From contig JBDKUN010000061.1 in assembly GCA_039679675.1 (NCBI GenBank), positions 1 through 25,561 of the forward strand: 25,561 bases of DNA. The letters are read 5' to 3'. Source of the DNA: Armatimonadota bacterium. GTDB taxonomy: Bacteria; Armatimonadota; UBA5829; DTLH01. A program made the position numbers and the translations under genes. Positions within the stretch are counted from its first letter, which is position 1. Each line of letters starts with the position of its first letter. The notes under the pieces were generated by a model. It did not search any database. It had not been told where the DNA came from and saw only the letters and a program-made list of their open reading frames with translations. Below are positions 25,536-25,561 of this stretch, piece by piece.

Positions 25536-25561
25536 ATGGATCAACACTCAAAATCTGAACT
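25536..25561 (+). CDS. Start of a divergent gene, truncated by the window end
   Basis: AGGAGG, 8 nt, then ATG GAT CAA CAC TCA AAA TCT GAA (MDQHSKSE), open to the edge. Confidence 0.55.

Overview
A bacterial chromosomal window with Terrabacteria-type gene order (Armatimonadota is my guess from gene content; not verifiable here). About 23 kb (2185-25316) is one co-directional minus-strand run of housekeeping genes: nusA-ylxR-infB-[PD-(D/E)XK-like insert]-ylxP-rbfA-DHH phosphoesterase-[truB::ribF fused in one ORF]-rpsO-pnp-M16 peptidase-dapB-[AbrB/PIN toxin-antitoxin pair]-asd-murB-ddl-ftsQ-DUF881-DUF1290-ftsA-ftsZ-HI0933 flavoprotein. The plus strand carries the 3' end of a chemoreceptor, a cupin, a lipoprotein of the PQQ-dependent sugar dehydrogenase family and, at the right edge, the start of a divergent gene behind a sigma28-like promoter. 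The most notable points are: a full-length TruB-RibF fusion; an AT-richer two-domain nuclease-like gene inside the infB-rbfA operon; no rimP or L7Ae gene, although the rimP-leader hairpin remains and a structured spacer precedes infB; a CGTC-type REP dimer within a hairpin cluster upstream of rpsO; heptamer repeats inside coding sequences; and a heavily self-complementary spacer upstream of the cupin. No rRNA, tRNA, CRISPR array or transposase was seen. All calls come from motif recognition by eye, with no database searches.
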